A stretch of DNA of 64,000 nucleotides, taken from assembly GCA_964401835.1 (NCBI GenBank), contig CAYNZP010000008.1, positions 37,899-101,898 of the forward strand, in the 5' to 3' direction. A model generated the notes under the pieces. The model was given only the letters and a program-made list of their open reading frames with translations. It was not told the DNA's origin and did not search any database. Position numbers and translations under genes: made by a program. Each line of letters starts with the position of its first letter. The first letter of the stretch is position 1. This document shows positions 46,657 to 55,655 of the stretch, one piece after another. The DNA is from an uncultured Planctomycetaceae bacterium. GTDB taxonomy: Bacteria; Planctomycetota; Phycisphaerae; SM23-33.

Positions 46657-48390
46657 ATGATAAAATGGGCGATTGTATTACTTTGTGCTTTTGCCTTGAC
46701 TACATCCGCTTTTTCCCAGACACCCGCACCCGTTACTGGACAGGAAAAGTACGTTGGTGAACTTACAGGAACAAATGTCCACGTCCGAAGCGGGCCTGGC
46801 CTTAACATGTATCCATGCGCCAAAATTTCCATGCCGACAAAAGTCACGGTCATGGGCAAAACAGACGCCGGCTGGCTGATAATTCTTCCGCCTGAAGGTT
46901 GTTTCAGCGTAATCCACAAAAAGTACGTCAAAGTTGACGAAACCGGCAAGACTGGCACAGTCACCAGCGACAATATATGGCTTCGCGCAGGCGGCAATTT
47001 GCGCAGCTCGGATTTCTGGAAGATTCAACAGCGTGTCAATAAAGCCCAAGAGGTAAAAATACTCGGTGAGATTAGCGACTTCTACAAGATCGAGTCACCC
47101 CAAGGTGTTTACTTCTATATCTGGCAGGACTTCGTAAAACCTGCCGCCGAAACCGCTGCTGCCGAAGAAGAAGTAGCCCTCGTCGAAGATGAAGTCGAAA
47201 CCACCCCTGCTATGCCAGAAGACAAGGCGGAACCTACAACGCAGCCGTTGGTTGCTGATGTCGAACAGGAAGAAGACCTGGAGCAGGCCGTTAATAATTA
47301 TAATAAGCTCGAAACTCTTCTAATCGACGAATACAAAAAGCCTCTAGCCCAAAGGGACCTTGAAGGCCTGCTTGAGAAATACCAAGCCCTGAAACCTGAC
47401 CCTGACGGTTATCTCAAGCCGCATGTCGAAGCAAGAACGCTTTTCCTCCAGCAGGCAATAGAGAAAAAAATGGAGCTGGAAGAAGTCGAAGTCCTTGCCC
47501 AGAAAACAACCAGTGCCCAGCAGGAATACGAGATCAAGCGGACGAAAATTGAGATCGAAAAACTGCCCGAGCGACAGATGCAGATTTACCCAGCCAAGGG
47601 CGTCTTAAAGGCCAGCGATATCTTTGTCGGAAACGCCGCAGCACCAAAGCGGTATATGATCCGTGACAGTAAAACGAACGAAATTATCGCCTATGTCCAG
47701 TGCACCACCGGGATGGTCAAACTGGAAAACTTCGCCGGCAAAAATGTCGGGATCATCGGTACGAGCAAATATGACAGAAAACTTGCTACAGATGTCATCG
47801 AAGCTGAACAGGTTGTCGTGTTGTCGCAAAAAGCAACTCTGCCTACACCGCCGCAGCCGGTTGTTATTCCAAGGCCCGTTACGCCAGAGATCAAAAAGGT
47901 TCCCAAGCCGGCAAAACCCAAGCCTATCCAAAAGGCAGCTCCCAAGGCCAAGCCGACACCGGCTCCAAAACCAGTCGTAAAACCAAAGCCAACGCCCAAG
48001 CCTACACCAAAACCCCAAGCAGTAGCGCCGGCAATAAAGAAGGCCCAGCCCAAACCTGCTGTCAAACCAGAGCCAAAGCCTGAAGTAACCAAACAAATTA
48101 AGCCTGCTCCCAAGAAGGTCGAACCGAAAAAGACCCCAGCAACTCAGCCGGCCAAGAAATCTGAGCCAGTCATAAAAAAAGAGCCAAAACCAGCCAAGGC
48201 ACCTGTTGTTAAGGAACAACCTAAGGCTGAACCTGCCAGGGTAAAAGAAGAATCTAAATCCCAGCCGGAACCGAAGCCGGCAGAAAAAGCAAAAGAGAAA
48301 ACCAAGCCTCTACCCCCCACCGGACTTCCTGTAGCTTCGCCGGAAAATCAGCCAGCCCCTGGGCCTGTAAACGAAAAAGAATACGAGTAA
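46657..48390 (+). CDS. Secreted SH3-like domain protein with long Pro/Lys/Ala-rich C-terminal region
   Basis: Signal peptide, bacterial SH3-like segments (GTNVHVRSGPG, DNIWLRAGG), and a ~180-aa C-terminal KP(x)P low-complexity tail. Confidence 0.6.
   Translation: MIKWAIVLLCAFALTTSAFSQTPAPVTGQEKYVGELTGTNVHVRSGPGLNMYPCAKISMPTKVTVMGKTDAGWLIILPPEGCFSVIHKKYVKVDETGKTGTVTSDNIWLRAGGNLRSSDFWKIQQRVNKAQEVKILGEISDFYKIESPQGVYFYIWQDFVKPAAETAAAEEEVALVEDEVETTPAMPEDKAEPTTQPLVADVEQEEDLEQAVNNYNKLETLLIDEYKKPLAQRDLEGLLEKYQALKPDPDGYLKPHVEARTLFLQQAIEKKMELEEVEVLAQKTTSAQQEYEIKRTKIEIEKLPERQMQIYPAKGVLKASDIFVGNAAAPKRYMIRDSKTNEIIAYVQCTTGMVKLENFAGKNVGIIGTSKYDRKLATDVIEAEQVVVLSQKATLPTPPQPVVIPRPVTPEIKKVPKPAKPKPIQKAAPKAKPTPAPKPVVKPKPTPKPTPKPQAVAPAIKKAQPKPAVKPEPKPEVTKQIKPAPKKVEPKKTPATQPAKKSEPVIKKEPKPAKAPVVKEQPKAEPARVKEESKSQPEPKPAEKAKEKTKPLPPTGLPVASPENQPAPGPVNEKEYE
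47840..48380 (+). repeat. Low-complexity Pro/Lys-coding repeat region
   Basis: Iterated AAACC/AAGCC codon patterns encoding PKPxPKP. They generate spurious ORFs on both strands. Confidence 0.5.
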
Positions 48391-48399
48391 CTTACTGAT

Positions 48400-49179
48400 A
48401 TGGAAGAAACGACACAAACACAGCCCCTCGAGCAGCAGCGCGATGAGAAGTCGCAACTGGAACAAGCTCAGGCAATAGAGACAGTCAAGCCCCAGAGCAA
48501 TAAGACTCTCTCCGATGACGAGAAACAGGAAATAGCCGCTACGGTCGAAGCTATCCTCTTCAGCATAGATACACCCATCAGTGCGGCGAAGATCGCCCAG
48601 GTAGCTGAATTAAGCGGCCAAAGGTGCGTCAAGGACGCCATCAAAACCCTTAACGAACAGTATCGGCAAACTCACAGAAGCTTTGAAATAGAGCAGCTTG
48701 CCGGCGGCTATCGAATGATGACGCTTCCACAGTACCACGACGTAATATCCCGGCTATTCAAGACCCGCAACGATTCACGCCTAAGCCAGGCTGCAATGGA
48801 GACACTTTCGATAGTTGCCTACCGCCAGCCCGTCTTACGGGCCGACATCGAAGCAATCCGCGGTGTGGCTTGCGGCGAGGTGCTTCGCTCTCTGATGGAA
48901 AAACAACTTGTAAAAATCGTCGGCCGGGCTGAAGTGCTCGGAAGACCCATGCTTTATGGCACGACCAGGAGATTTCTTGAGATATTCGGGCTTAACAGCC
49001 TGGATGAGCTTCCTAAATTCGAGGAACTCCGCAAGAGTCAAGTCGAACAGCCCAGGAAAGAATCCTCTCAAAACGGAGAAGATGCGGGAAGTGTAGAAGA
49101 AACTGAGCAAACCGCCCAATCAAATCCTCCCCAGCAAAATCTGGAAGATGCTGAAGCTACGCAAGAAGCACAAGAATAA
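48400..49179 (+). CDS. scpB: Segregation and condensation protein B
   Basis: Tandem winged-helix ScpB pattern (VEAILFS, LSIVAYRQPV, YGTTRRFLEIFGL) with an acidic tail. Confidence 0.8.
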   Translation: MEETTQTQPLEQQRDEKSQLEQAQAIETVKPQSNKTLSDDEKQEIAATVEAILFSIDTPISAAKIAQVAELSGQRCVKDAIKTLNEQYRQTHRSFEIEQLAGGYRMMTLPQYHDVISRLFKTRNDSRLSQAAMETLSIVAYRQPVLRADIEAIRGVACGEVLRSLMEKQLVKIVGRAEVLGRPMLYGTTRRFLEIFGLNSLDELPKFEELRKSQVEQPRKESSQNGEDAGSVEETEQTAQSNPPQQNLEDAEATQEAQE

Positions 49180-49264
49180 TATCTTACTTCGGTTTTCCCA
49201 TAAAGAAAAAGGCCGTCGAGTTTTACCTCTCCGGCCTCTACACCCAGTAACGTGGTTATTCTTT

Positions 49265-49597
49265 TTAAGCAGCTGCGATTTCTGAAGCCACTTTCGTTGT
49301 TTCAGGTTGCATAATCCGTACAGGCTGAGCTTCGACGCGGAGAATGCTGTCCATGCCGAACCTGCTCGGTTCGATCCCAAAAGCGGCGTAATCGGTAAAC
49401 CATTCGCCATCGGCACAATAACGGAATCGGTACTCGCCGGCTGGAAGTTGCATTGTCGCCATCCAATAACCTTCAGGGGTGCGAACCATGGTAAGTTCGT
49501 TCTCATGCCATCCGTTGAAGTCCCCCGCTATACTGACTCGATTTGCCTGTGGCCGATAGAAGCAAAATTCTACGGCACTATCCTTTACTGTTACCAT
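49265..49597 (-). CDS. Stand-alone CBM48 / E-set (glycogen-binding) domain protein
   Basis: VEFCFYRPQANRVSIAGDFNGWHENELTM ... GEYRFRY is the isoamylase-N / AMPK-beta GBD pattern. Confidence 0.55.
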   Translation of the reverse strand: MVTVKDSAVEFCFYRPQANRVSIAGDFNGWHENELTMVRTPEGYWMATMQLPAGEYRFRYCADGEWFTDYAAFGIEPSRFGMDSILRVEAQPVRIMQPETTKVASEIAAA

Positions 49598-50062
49598 TTC
49601 GATCTTCCTTGATAAGTTGGCCTCTTAAAGGCACTTGGGTTAATCCTGATCGGCAACTTACTTACTTCATCGGAACCGCGGAACTGCTACTTTAATAAGG
49701 ACTTGGATAAAACTATAAATCCGGCTTTTTAGAGATGTTAAGCTATATTATTATTTCTGCCGCATTCTGAGTGAATTCTAGCGCCGAATTTCCGTTTGTC
49801 TAATAAGCGAACCCAGAAAACATTTCCCAACAGCTATCCATTTTTCGCAAAGCCAAAACTCTAAAGACGCTGTGGAAATATCCGGCCGATAAAAATTTTT
49901 TATTTTTTTTGGGATAATTAGCCTGTCCTTTTTGTTTTCAGGACCCAAACGGCCATAAGATATTGTAATTTCGACAAATCCTGCATTTCTGACCACCAGA
50001 CGTCTTGCAATACCCCCCTTGGCAATCTAAACTTTTGCTTTAACCGAGTCAGGACAGGAAAA

Positions 50063-51247
50063 ATGGCGTTAGTATACTTCGATTGTTTTGCAGGAGCCGG
50101 TGGCGACATGATTGTCGCTGCACTCATCGACGCTGGCGCCGATGCGGAAAAAATATCCACCGAGCTTGCCAAACTTGGGGCAAACGGATATGAAATCCGC
50201 ACGGAAAAGGTCCACCGTAATGGCATAGCTGCCACGAAATTTACAGTCGAGGTTACTGGCGAAAACCCACCTCGCCGCCATCTGTCCGAAATTCTTGAAC
50301 TTATCGACACAGCCGAAATTGCTCCCCGGGCCCGTAAGCGAGCTAAAGATATCTTCATTCGCCTTGGCCAAGCCGAAGCCAAAGTGCACGACATAGACAT
50401 AAGTGAGGTTCACTTCCACGAAGTCGGTGCCATCGACAGCATAATTGATATCGTCGGGGCGTGTCTCGCACTGGAATTGCTGGACATCGACGAAATAATC
50501 TGTTCTCCGATTCCCGTAGGCAGCGGGACTATAGATTGCGCCCACGGCTCACTGCCGGCTCCATCGCCGGCAACAGCTGAGTTGCTGCGAGGAGTAAACA
50601 TCGTTCATGGCGAATTGGCCGGTGAGGTTACGACCCCGACGGCCGCAGCCATACTGACGACCCTTGCAGACAACATCGGCGCAGTACCGGAGATGAATGT
50701 CGATTGCGTGGGTTATGGAGCGGGCACACGGGAAGATGGCAAAATTCCGAACCTGCTGCGAGTGCTTATCGGCAAAGGTGAGCAAGACGGCTCGGTAGAC
50801 ACCGTCGTGGAACTCTCAGCCAATATCGACGACTGCAACGGCGAGATAATTGGTGCGACGATAGACAAACTCCTCTCAGCCGGCTGCCTGGACGCTTGGG
50901 CGACCCCAGCGTTTATGAAAAAATCACGGCCGGCATTTACGCTTTCTGTACTTTGCCTGCCAGGTGACGTCGAAGCCGTTGAGAGAATAATCTTTAGCGA
51001 AACGAGCACCTTTGGAATCCGCAGGCGAACCTGTCATCGCAGCAAACTCTCTCGCCACTGGGAAACCCTCGAAACAGCCTACGGGCCTATCCGCATTAAG
51101 GTTGGAACGCTCGGAAAAGAGACGCTAACAGCATCGCCGGAATTTGAAGATTGCCTTAAGGCTGCCCAAACACATCACGTTTCGGCGAGGGAAGTCGTCG
51201 AGGCTGCTAAAAGTGCATATAGAGATAAATGCCAAGGGAATGGCTGA
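50063..51247 (+). CDS. larC: LarC-family nickel-pincer cofactor nickel insertase (DUF111)
   Basis: LVYFDCFAGAGGDMIVAALIDAGA N-terminus and overall LarC architecture. Confidence 0.8.
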   Translation: MALVYFDCFAGAGGDMIVAALIDAGADAEKISTELAKLGANGYEIRTEKVHRNGIAATKFTVEVTGENPPRRHLSEILELIDTAEIAPRARKRAKDIFIRLGQAEAKVHDIDISEVHFHEVGAIDSIIDIVGACLALELLDIDEIICSPIPVGSGTIDCAHGSLPAPSPATAELLRGVNIVHGELAGEVTTPTAAAILTTLADNIGAVPEMNVDCVGYGAGTREDGKIPNLLRVLIGKGEQDGSVDTVVELSANIDDCNGEIIGATIDKLLSAGCLDAWATPAFMKKSRPAFTLSVLCLPGDVEAVERIIFSETSTFGIRRRTCHRSKLSRHWETLETAYGPIRIKVGTLGKETLTASPEFEDCLKAAQTHHVSAREVVEAAKSAYRDKCQGNG

Positions 51248-51708
51248 TGAATCAAATGCAGTGGATAATCGTAGCTTCGGCGTCGGCAGTTGCCGCTCTG
51301 GTAGTATTGGTTTTACTATGGCTTTTTATTCGAAAAAAGCGATGCTTCACTCCCAGGCAATCTTTAAGTGCCGACCAAGTCGAACAGACCCAGCGGGATC
51401 TTCTCGAAATCAAAGATGAACTCGAGCAACTCGTTTCCAGAATTGATATCCAGGTCGAGCAACGTGTCAGAGAGTTAAAGAAATTGCTGGCCAGGGTAGA
51501 CGGCAAGATCGAATTGCTTCGTGGCATGGAAAGCTCCGCACAGCTTATGACAAAGGAAAAGTCCGGCTGTGACCAGAGCCTCATAATAAAACTTAGCCGC
51601 CAAGGCCTCGATAGCCTTGAAATCGCCCGACGGATGGAAATGACTGTCGGTGAAGTCGAATTAATCATAAACCTGCAACGAGGTTCAAAGGAACAGCTAA
51701 GGACGTAA
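51247..51708 (+). CDS. Membrane-anchored coiled-coil protein with HTH-like C-terminus
   Basis: ATG overlaps the larC stop (ATGA). One TM helix, a heptad-rich region, and a C-terminal LSRQGLDSLEIARRMEMTVGEVE resembling sigma region 4. Confidence 0.5.
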   Translation: MNQMQWIIVASASAVAALVVLVLLWLFIRKKRCFTPRQSLSADQVEQTQRDLLEIKDELEQLVSRIDIQVEQRVRELKKLLARVDGKIELLRGMESSAQLMTKEKSGCDQSLIIKLSRQGLDSLEIARRMEMTVGEVELIINLQRGSKEQLRT

Positions 51709-51710
51709 AA

Positions 51711-52892
51711 ATGTTTACTTTTTCAATTTTACTGACAATTTTTGCCGTGCTGATTTTCCTAATCTGGGTCAGCCGCTACTTTATGATCCGACGCGAGAAA
51801 AATGGCGGTTTTGTCCTTTCGGAAGATTATTCCGGCCCACCGACCGATGCACCGGGAATAAGCGTTGTTGTCGCGGCTAAAGACGAGCAGGACAATATCG
51901 AAGCGTGCCTGCGAACGATGCTTAAGCAGGATTATCCCAACTATGAAATTATCGTCTGTAACGACCGTAGCGACGATGACACCGCTGCTATTGTCGAGCG
52001 AATCGCGGCTGAAGATTCTCGGGTGCGCCTGATTAATATCGACCATTTACCCGGAGACTGGTGTGGAAAAAATCATGCCATGCAGCATGGAATAAAAACT
52101 GCAAAACACGAATGGATATGCATGATCGATGCTGACTGTGAGCAGGATTCCACTCGAACACTTTCTATCGCCATTCAGTACGCTCTGGACAAAAACGCCG
52201 ACTTGCTCAGCGTCCTGCCGGTTTTGAAAACCCAGACATTCTGGGAAGATGTCGTCCAGCCGGTCTGCGGAGGCGTGATGATGATCTGGTTCCATCCGGA
52301 TAAGGTCAATAATCCTGAAAAGCCAAACGCCTACGCCAACGGCGCGTTCATGCTGATGAAACGCAGTGCATATGAAGCTATCGGTACACACGAGGCAGTC
52401 AAGGACCGCGTGAATGAAGACATGCACATAGCTTCATGTGTAAAAGGTAGCGGGCTCAACCTTAGGGTGGTGAGAAACAAAGGACTTTACCAGGTGCGAA
52501 TGTACACCTCGCTCAAGCAGATAATCCGCGGCTGGAGCAGGATTTTTTACGGCACCTTCGGTACGCTAAAAAGGCTGAGCCTTTCAATAACGCTTCTGAT
52601 GACTGTAAGCATGCTGCCTTATATCTCGATGGTTCTCGGCTTTTCGATGGCCGGTGCGAATGCCCCGTCTCCCAACTGGTGGCTGGCCTGCGGAATCATT
52701 GGAACAATTGCCGCAACGCTCCAGCTCTATGTAATAAATAAATTCTATAGGATGATAGGTTCAAAGGGCATCTTTGCATTAGCCTATCCGCTTGGATGTG
52801 TGATAACTCTGCTGTCACTGATTATCGCACTTGGCAAACTCAGGCCGGGAGCACAGGTAGTCTGGAGAAACACGAGCTATTCATCCACCTGA
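51711..52892 (+). CDS. Membrane glycosyltransferase family 2 (GT21 / ceramide-glucosyltransferase-like)
   Basis: N-terminal TM helix, ISVVVAAKDE, DAD, the QIIRGWSRI (QxxRW) motif and C-terminal TM helices. Confidence 0.75.
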   Translation: MFTFSILLTIFAVLIFLIWVSRYFMIRREKNGGFVLSEDYSGPPTDAPGISVVVAAKDEQDNIEACLRTMLKQDYPNYEIIVCNDRSDDDTAAIVERIAAEDSRVRLINIDHLPGDWCGKNHAMQHGIKTAKHEWICMIDADCEQDSTRTLSIAIQYALDKNADLLSVLPVLKTQTFWEDVVQPVCGGVMMIWFHPDKVNNPEKPNAYANGAFMLMKRSAYEAIGTHEAVKDRVNEDMHIASCVKGSGLNLRVVRNKGLYQVRMYTSLKQIIRGWSRIFYGTFGTLKRLSLSITLLMTVSMLPYISMVLGFSMAGANAPSPNWWLACGIIGTIAATLQLYVINKFYRMIGSKGIFALAYPLGCVITLLSLIIALGKLRPGAQVVWRNTSYSST

Positions 52893-52903
52893 ATAGATGA
52901 AGA

Positions 52904-53848
52904 TTAAGAAACATCGCATTTCAAAACTTCGAAAAACTCGCCTGGGTCTTCTTCAAACTCAAGGGTATGACAGCCATGCAGATGCTTTATCAAAGCCCGG
53001 CCGGCTGTTAACCGCAACACGACTGCTTCAGTAGCTTCATTCTCAATAATCCGATCTTTGCTGGCCAGTATAAGCGTTGTCGGACAGTCTAAGCTGCCTG
53101 GAGCGGCTTTTTCGATAATTCGATCAAGAGACCTGCTCGCATAAAAAAAAGCGGCTGTAGCGTTATGAAGCTGGAATTCATCCTCTCTTAAATATTGCTG
53201 CATTTGCAAATTATCCGTAAACAGCTCTACATCATCGAGGGGAATGGCAAATTGCTTTTTGCCGCCCAGCAAAAGGGCTGACGCAATGCGAAGTTTCGTT
53301 AAAAAAGTAACGCTTACCTTAGGAACAATTCCCGGTGCGACAAGTGTCAGTGACGCTATTGGGGAATTTTTTAAATTAAATTTATTGCTTGCCAGATAAG
53401 CGGTTAAAAGCTTTCCCCCCCAGCTTACCCCCAAAAGGCTAATACAATCGCAGCCGGAATGCTCTCCCACAAATCTCAGCGCCGTATCAATATCGTCCAG
53501 CAATTGCTCCGCGCTACCGGCGTGACCGCGGAGAGTTTGGTTTTGCCCACTGCCGCGACGTACAATCTGATAGACGGGATGTCCATTGCCCGCCAAGGCT
53601 AAAGCTGAGGCGGCAAACCATCCGGGATGCGACTGTATCCCATGAATGTAGAGAAGGGGGTTTTTGCGTGCCGCGGTTGGCGGGCTAAATAAATAAACAT
53701 AAGTTTCATATCCGTCGGGTAATGACAATTTGAGACATTCAGGTTCGCTTCCCACTGGTATTGGTGCAGGCGTGGGCAAAATTGTTGTGGTTTTGTTCAG
53801 CGGCATAATTTTACTGTTCCGAGCCTTTAAACTTTGCTCCGAAGCCAA
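52904..53848 (-). CDS. Alpha/beta hydrolase (lysophospholipase-like)
   Basis: HGIQSHPGWF oxyanion region and LGVSWGG nucleophile elbow. Confidence 0.7.
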   Translation of the reverse strand: MASEQSLKARNSKIMPLNKTTTILPTPAPIPVGSEPECLKLSLPDGYETYVYLFSPPTAARKNPLLYIHGIQSHPGWFAASALALAGNGHPVYQIVRRGSGQNQTLRGHAGSAEQLLDDIDTALRFVGEHSGCDCISLLGVSWGGKLLTAYLASNKFNLKNSPIASLTLVAPGIVPKVSVTFLTKLRIASALLLGGKKQFAIPLDDVELFTDNLQMQQYLREDEFQLHNATAAFFYASRSLDRIIEKAAPGSLDCPTTLILASKDRIIENEATEAVVLRLTAGRALIKHLHGCHTLEFEEDPGEFFEVLKCDVS

Positions 53849-53853
53849 TAATT

Positions 53854-54276
53854 ATGGGAAACGCGCACACAATACCTGTTGGACTCATCTCTTCTGCCGG
53901 GGAGCGGAAAAGCTGGCCAGTAGCTTTTAAAGCATGCATACAGGCTGCCCGTCGAAATCCAAGGGCTTGCAGAACCCGCCGCGTTATTCTCGCATTGGTA
54001 ATCATATGGCTGTTAAACATTTTTGATCTTTGCTTTACAGTTCTCGCACACCAGGCCGGCGACTTTGTAGAAGCCAACATCCTTGCCAGTTTCTTTATCG
54101 GCAATACAAATGCACTGATACTTTTTAAATTATCCGCATTGGTTTTGGCGACAAGTATTTTTCTTACATTTCGTCGCCGTTTTATAACCGAACTGAGCTG
54201 CTGGACAATCTGCATCATTTATCTTGCACTTTCGTTCATATGGGTTGGCTACTACACCCTTATATCAATGATTTAA
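53854..54276 (+). CDS. Hypothetical multi-pass membrane protein
   Basis: Three to four predicted TM helices. The start is uncertain. Confidence 0.3.
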   Translation: MGNAHTIPVGLISSAGERKSWPVAFKACIQAARRNPRACRTRRVILALVIIWLLNIFDLCFTVLAHQAGDFVEANILASFFIGNTNALILFKLSALVLATSIFLTFRRRFITELSCWTICIIYLALSFIWVGYYTLISMI

Positions 54277-54308
54277 CCTGTTATTTAGCTGGGGGGCTGG
54301 GCCGTCTG

Positions 54309-55655
54309 TCACTTGGCCAATGGGCCGTATGGGGCAGGCGGCTTTTCTTTCTTTTGACCATACTCGAATGGTCGGCGCCCAAGCAATATAGGCCTGCGCT
54401 GTCCGACGTTCACCAGTAAGCCCAAGGCTGCGCAGTTAATGACCAGAGACGACCCGCCGTAACTGATAAACGGCATTGTCATTCCAGTTATAGGCATAAG
54501 CCCCATCGTCATTCCGACGTTTATGAAAAGTTGCGAAAAAAGAAGCGTAAGCACCCCCACTGCGAGCAGCCGTCCGAACGCGTCATTGGTTATGGCCGCT
54601 ATCTCGATGCCAAAAACAAAAATCACGGCATAGAGAAACAATACCGCCAGGCAACCCAAAAAACCCCAATGCCCGGCGATAACAGCAAAGATGAAGTCTG
54701 TGTGATCGTCAGGGATGCCGAAGAATGGCTCAGCCTCTTTGCCTAAAGTGTTTCCGGCAAGGCCGCCTGCCCCGAGAATCATCATTGACCTGTTTAGTTG
54801 GTACCCTTCGTTCATGGCTATTTTTTTTGTTAATTCCGCAGTCTCATCATCATTTCCAAGCAATCCCAAAACCGCGAACCATCCTTCGACGCGCTGAATC
54901 TGGTGGTGGGCCATTAGTGATAAGGGAGCAGCCGAAACAAGGTATTTATCTTGCCCAACCTCGAAGGCCCTTCCTCCATAAGCCAGCAATGCGCGATCTT
55001 CAACTTCTTCGGCTGACCACGTTTGCGGAACCTTACGGGGCACAGGAATAAAGATAAGCACTGTAGCGATTGTTACGATTCCCAATAAGTGTTTTAGTTT
55101 GGCGCCAGCCATGAAAAGCATGAAATAAAGTGTCGGGAGAAACAGCAAGCTCGTACCAAGGTCTGGCTCGATAAGGATCAGGCACATAGGAACAAACGTA
55201 AGCACCAACGGCACGACAAGCCCGCTAAGTTTTCGATAGTGGCTACCATACCGAAAGTACCATGCAAGCAGGATGATGTAGGTTAGCTTGGCAAGTTCAG
55301 ATGGCTGGAAATTTATAAAACCCAGGTTTATCCACCGATGCGAACCCCTGATTGCAGGCAGAAGAATTGACGAATGATGAAAAACCTTCGCCCCTGCAAG
55401 AATCAAAAGCACCACGAGCGTCGCAGCGAAAAGTGGATATGCCCACCGTCCGATTTTCTGGTACGGCAGGACCGTAGCGACAACAAAGGCGATTATTCCG
55501 ACGCTTGCAAAGAGAATCTGCTTGTCGGCGAAGATACTTTCCGGATCGTATCGCTCGGTTACGTTGATGGCAGTTACGCCTATAAGCATCAGAGCAAGCA
55601 TTGACGCTATGATAGGCCAACTTGTATAGCGAAGATATGTTCTCAAATGTTCCAT
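54309..55655 (-). CDS. rodA: Rod-shape determining protein RodA (SEDS family glycosyltransferase)
   Basis: FtsW/RodA/SpoVE TM topology and motifs (GSHRWINLG, FQPSELAKL, PDDHTDFIFA). 448 aa, with an insertion relative to E. coli RodA. Confidence 0.85.
   Translation of the reverse strand: MEHLRTYLRYTSWPIIASMLALMLIGVTAINVTERYDPESIFADKQILFASVGIIAFVVATVLPYQKIGRWAYPLFAATLVVLLILAGAKVFHHSSILLPAIRGSHRWINLGFINFQPSELAKLTYIILLAWYFRYGSHYRKLSGLVVPLVLTFVPMCLILIEPDLGTSLLFLPTLYFMLFMAGAKLKHLLGIVTIATVLIFIPVPRKVPQTWSAEEVEDRALLAYGGRAFEVGQDKYLVSAAPLSLMAHHQIQRVEGWFAVLGLLGNDDETAELTKKIAMNEGYQLNRSMMILGAGGLAGNTLGKEAEPFFGIPDDHTDFIFAVIAGHWGFLGCLAVLFLYAVIFVFGIEIAAITNDAFGRLLAVGVLTLLFSQLFINVGMTMGLMPITGMTMPFISYGGSSLVINCAALGLLVNVGQRRPILLGRRPFEYGQKKEKPPAPYGPLAK

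Noticed and set aside
47605-48219. 204-aa and 140-aa minus-strand ORFs and a 105-aa plus-strand ORF in the Pro/Lys repeat region
   Set aside because: They are artefacts of low-complexity repeat DNA, translating to Leu/Arg/Gly/Phe-rich nonsense. The plus-strand frame encoding KPxP is continuous with the SH3-like protein.
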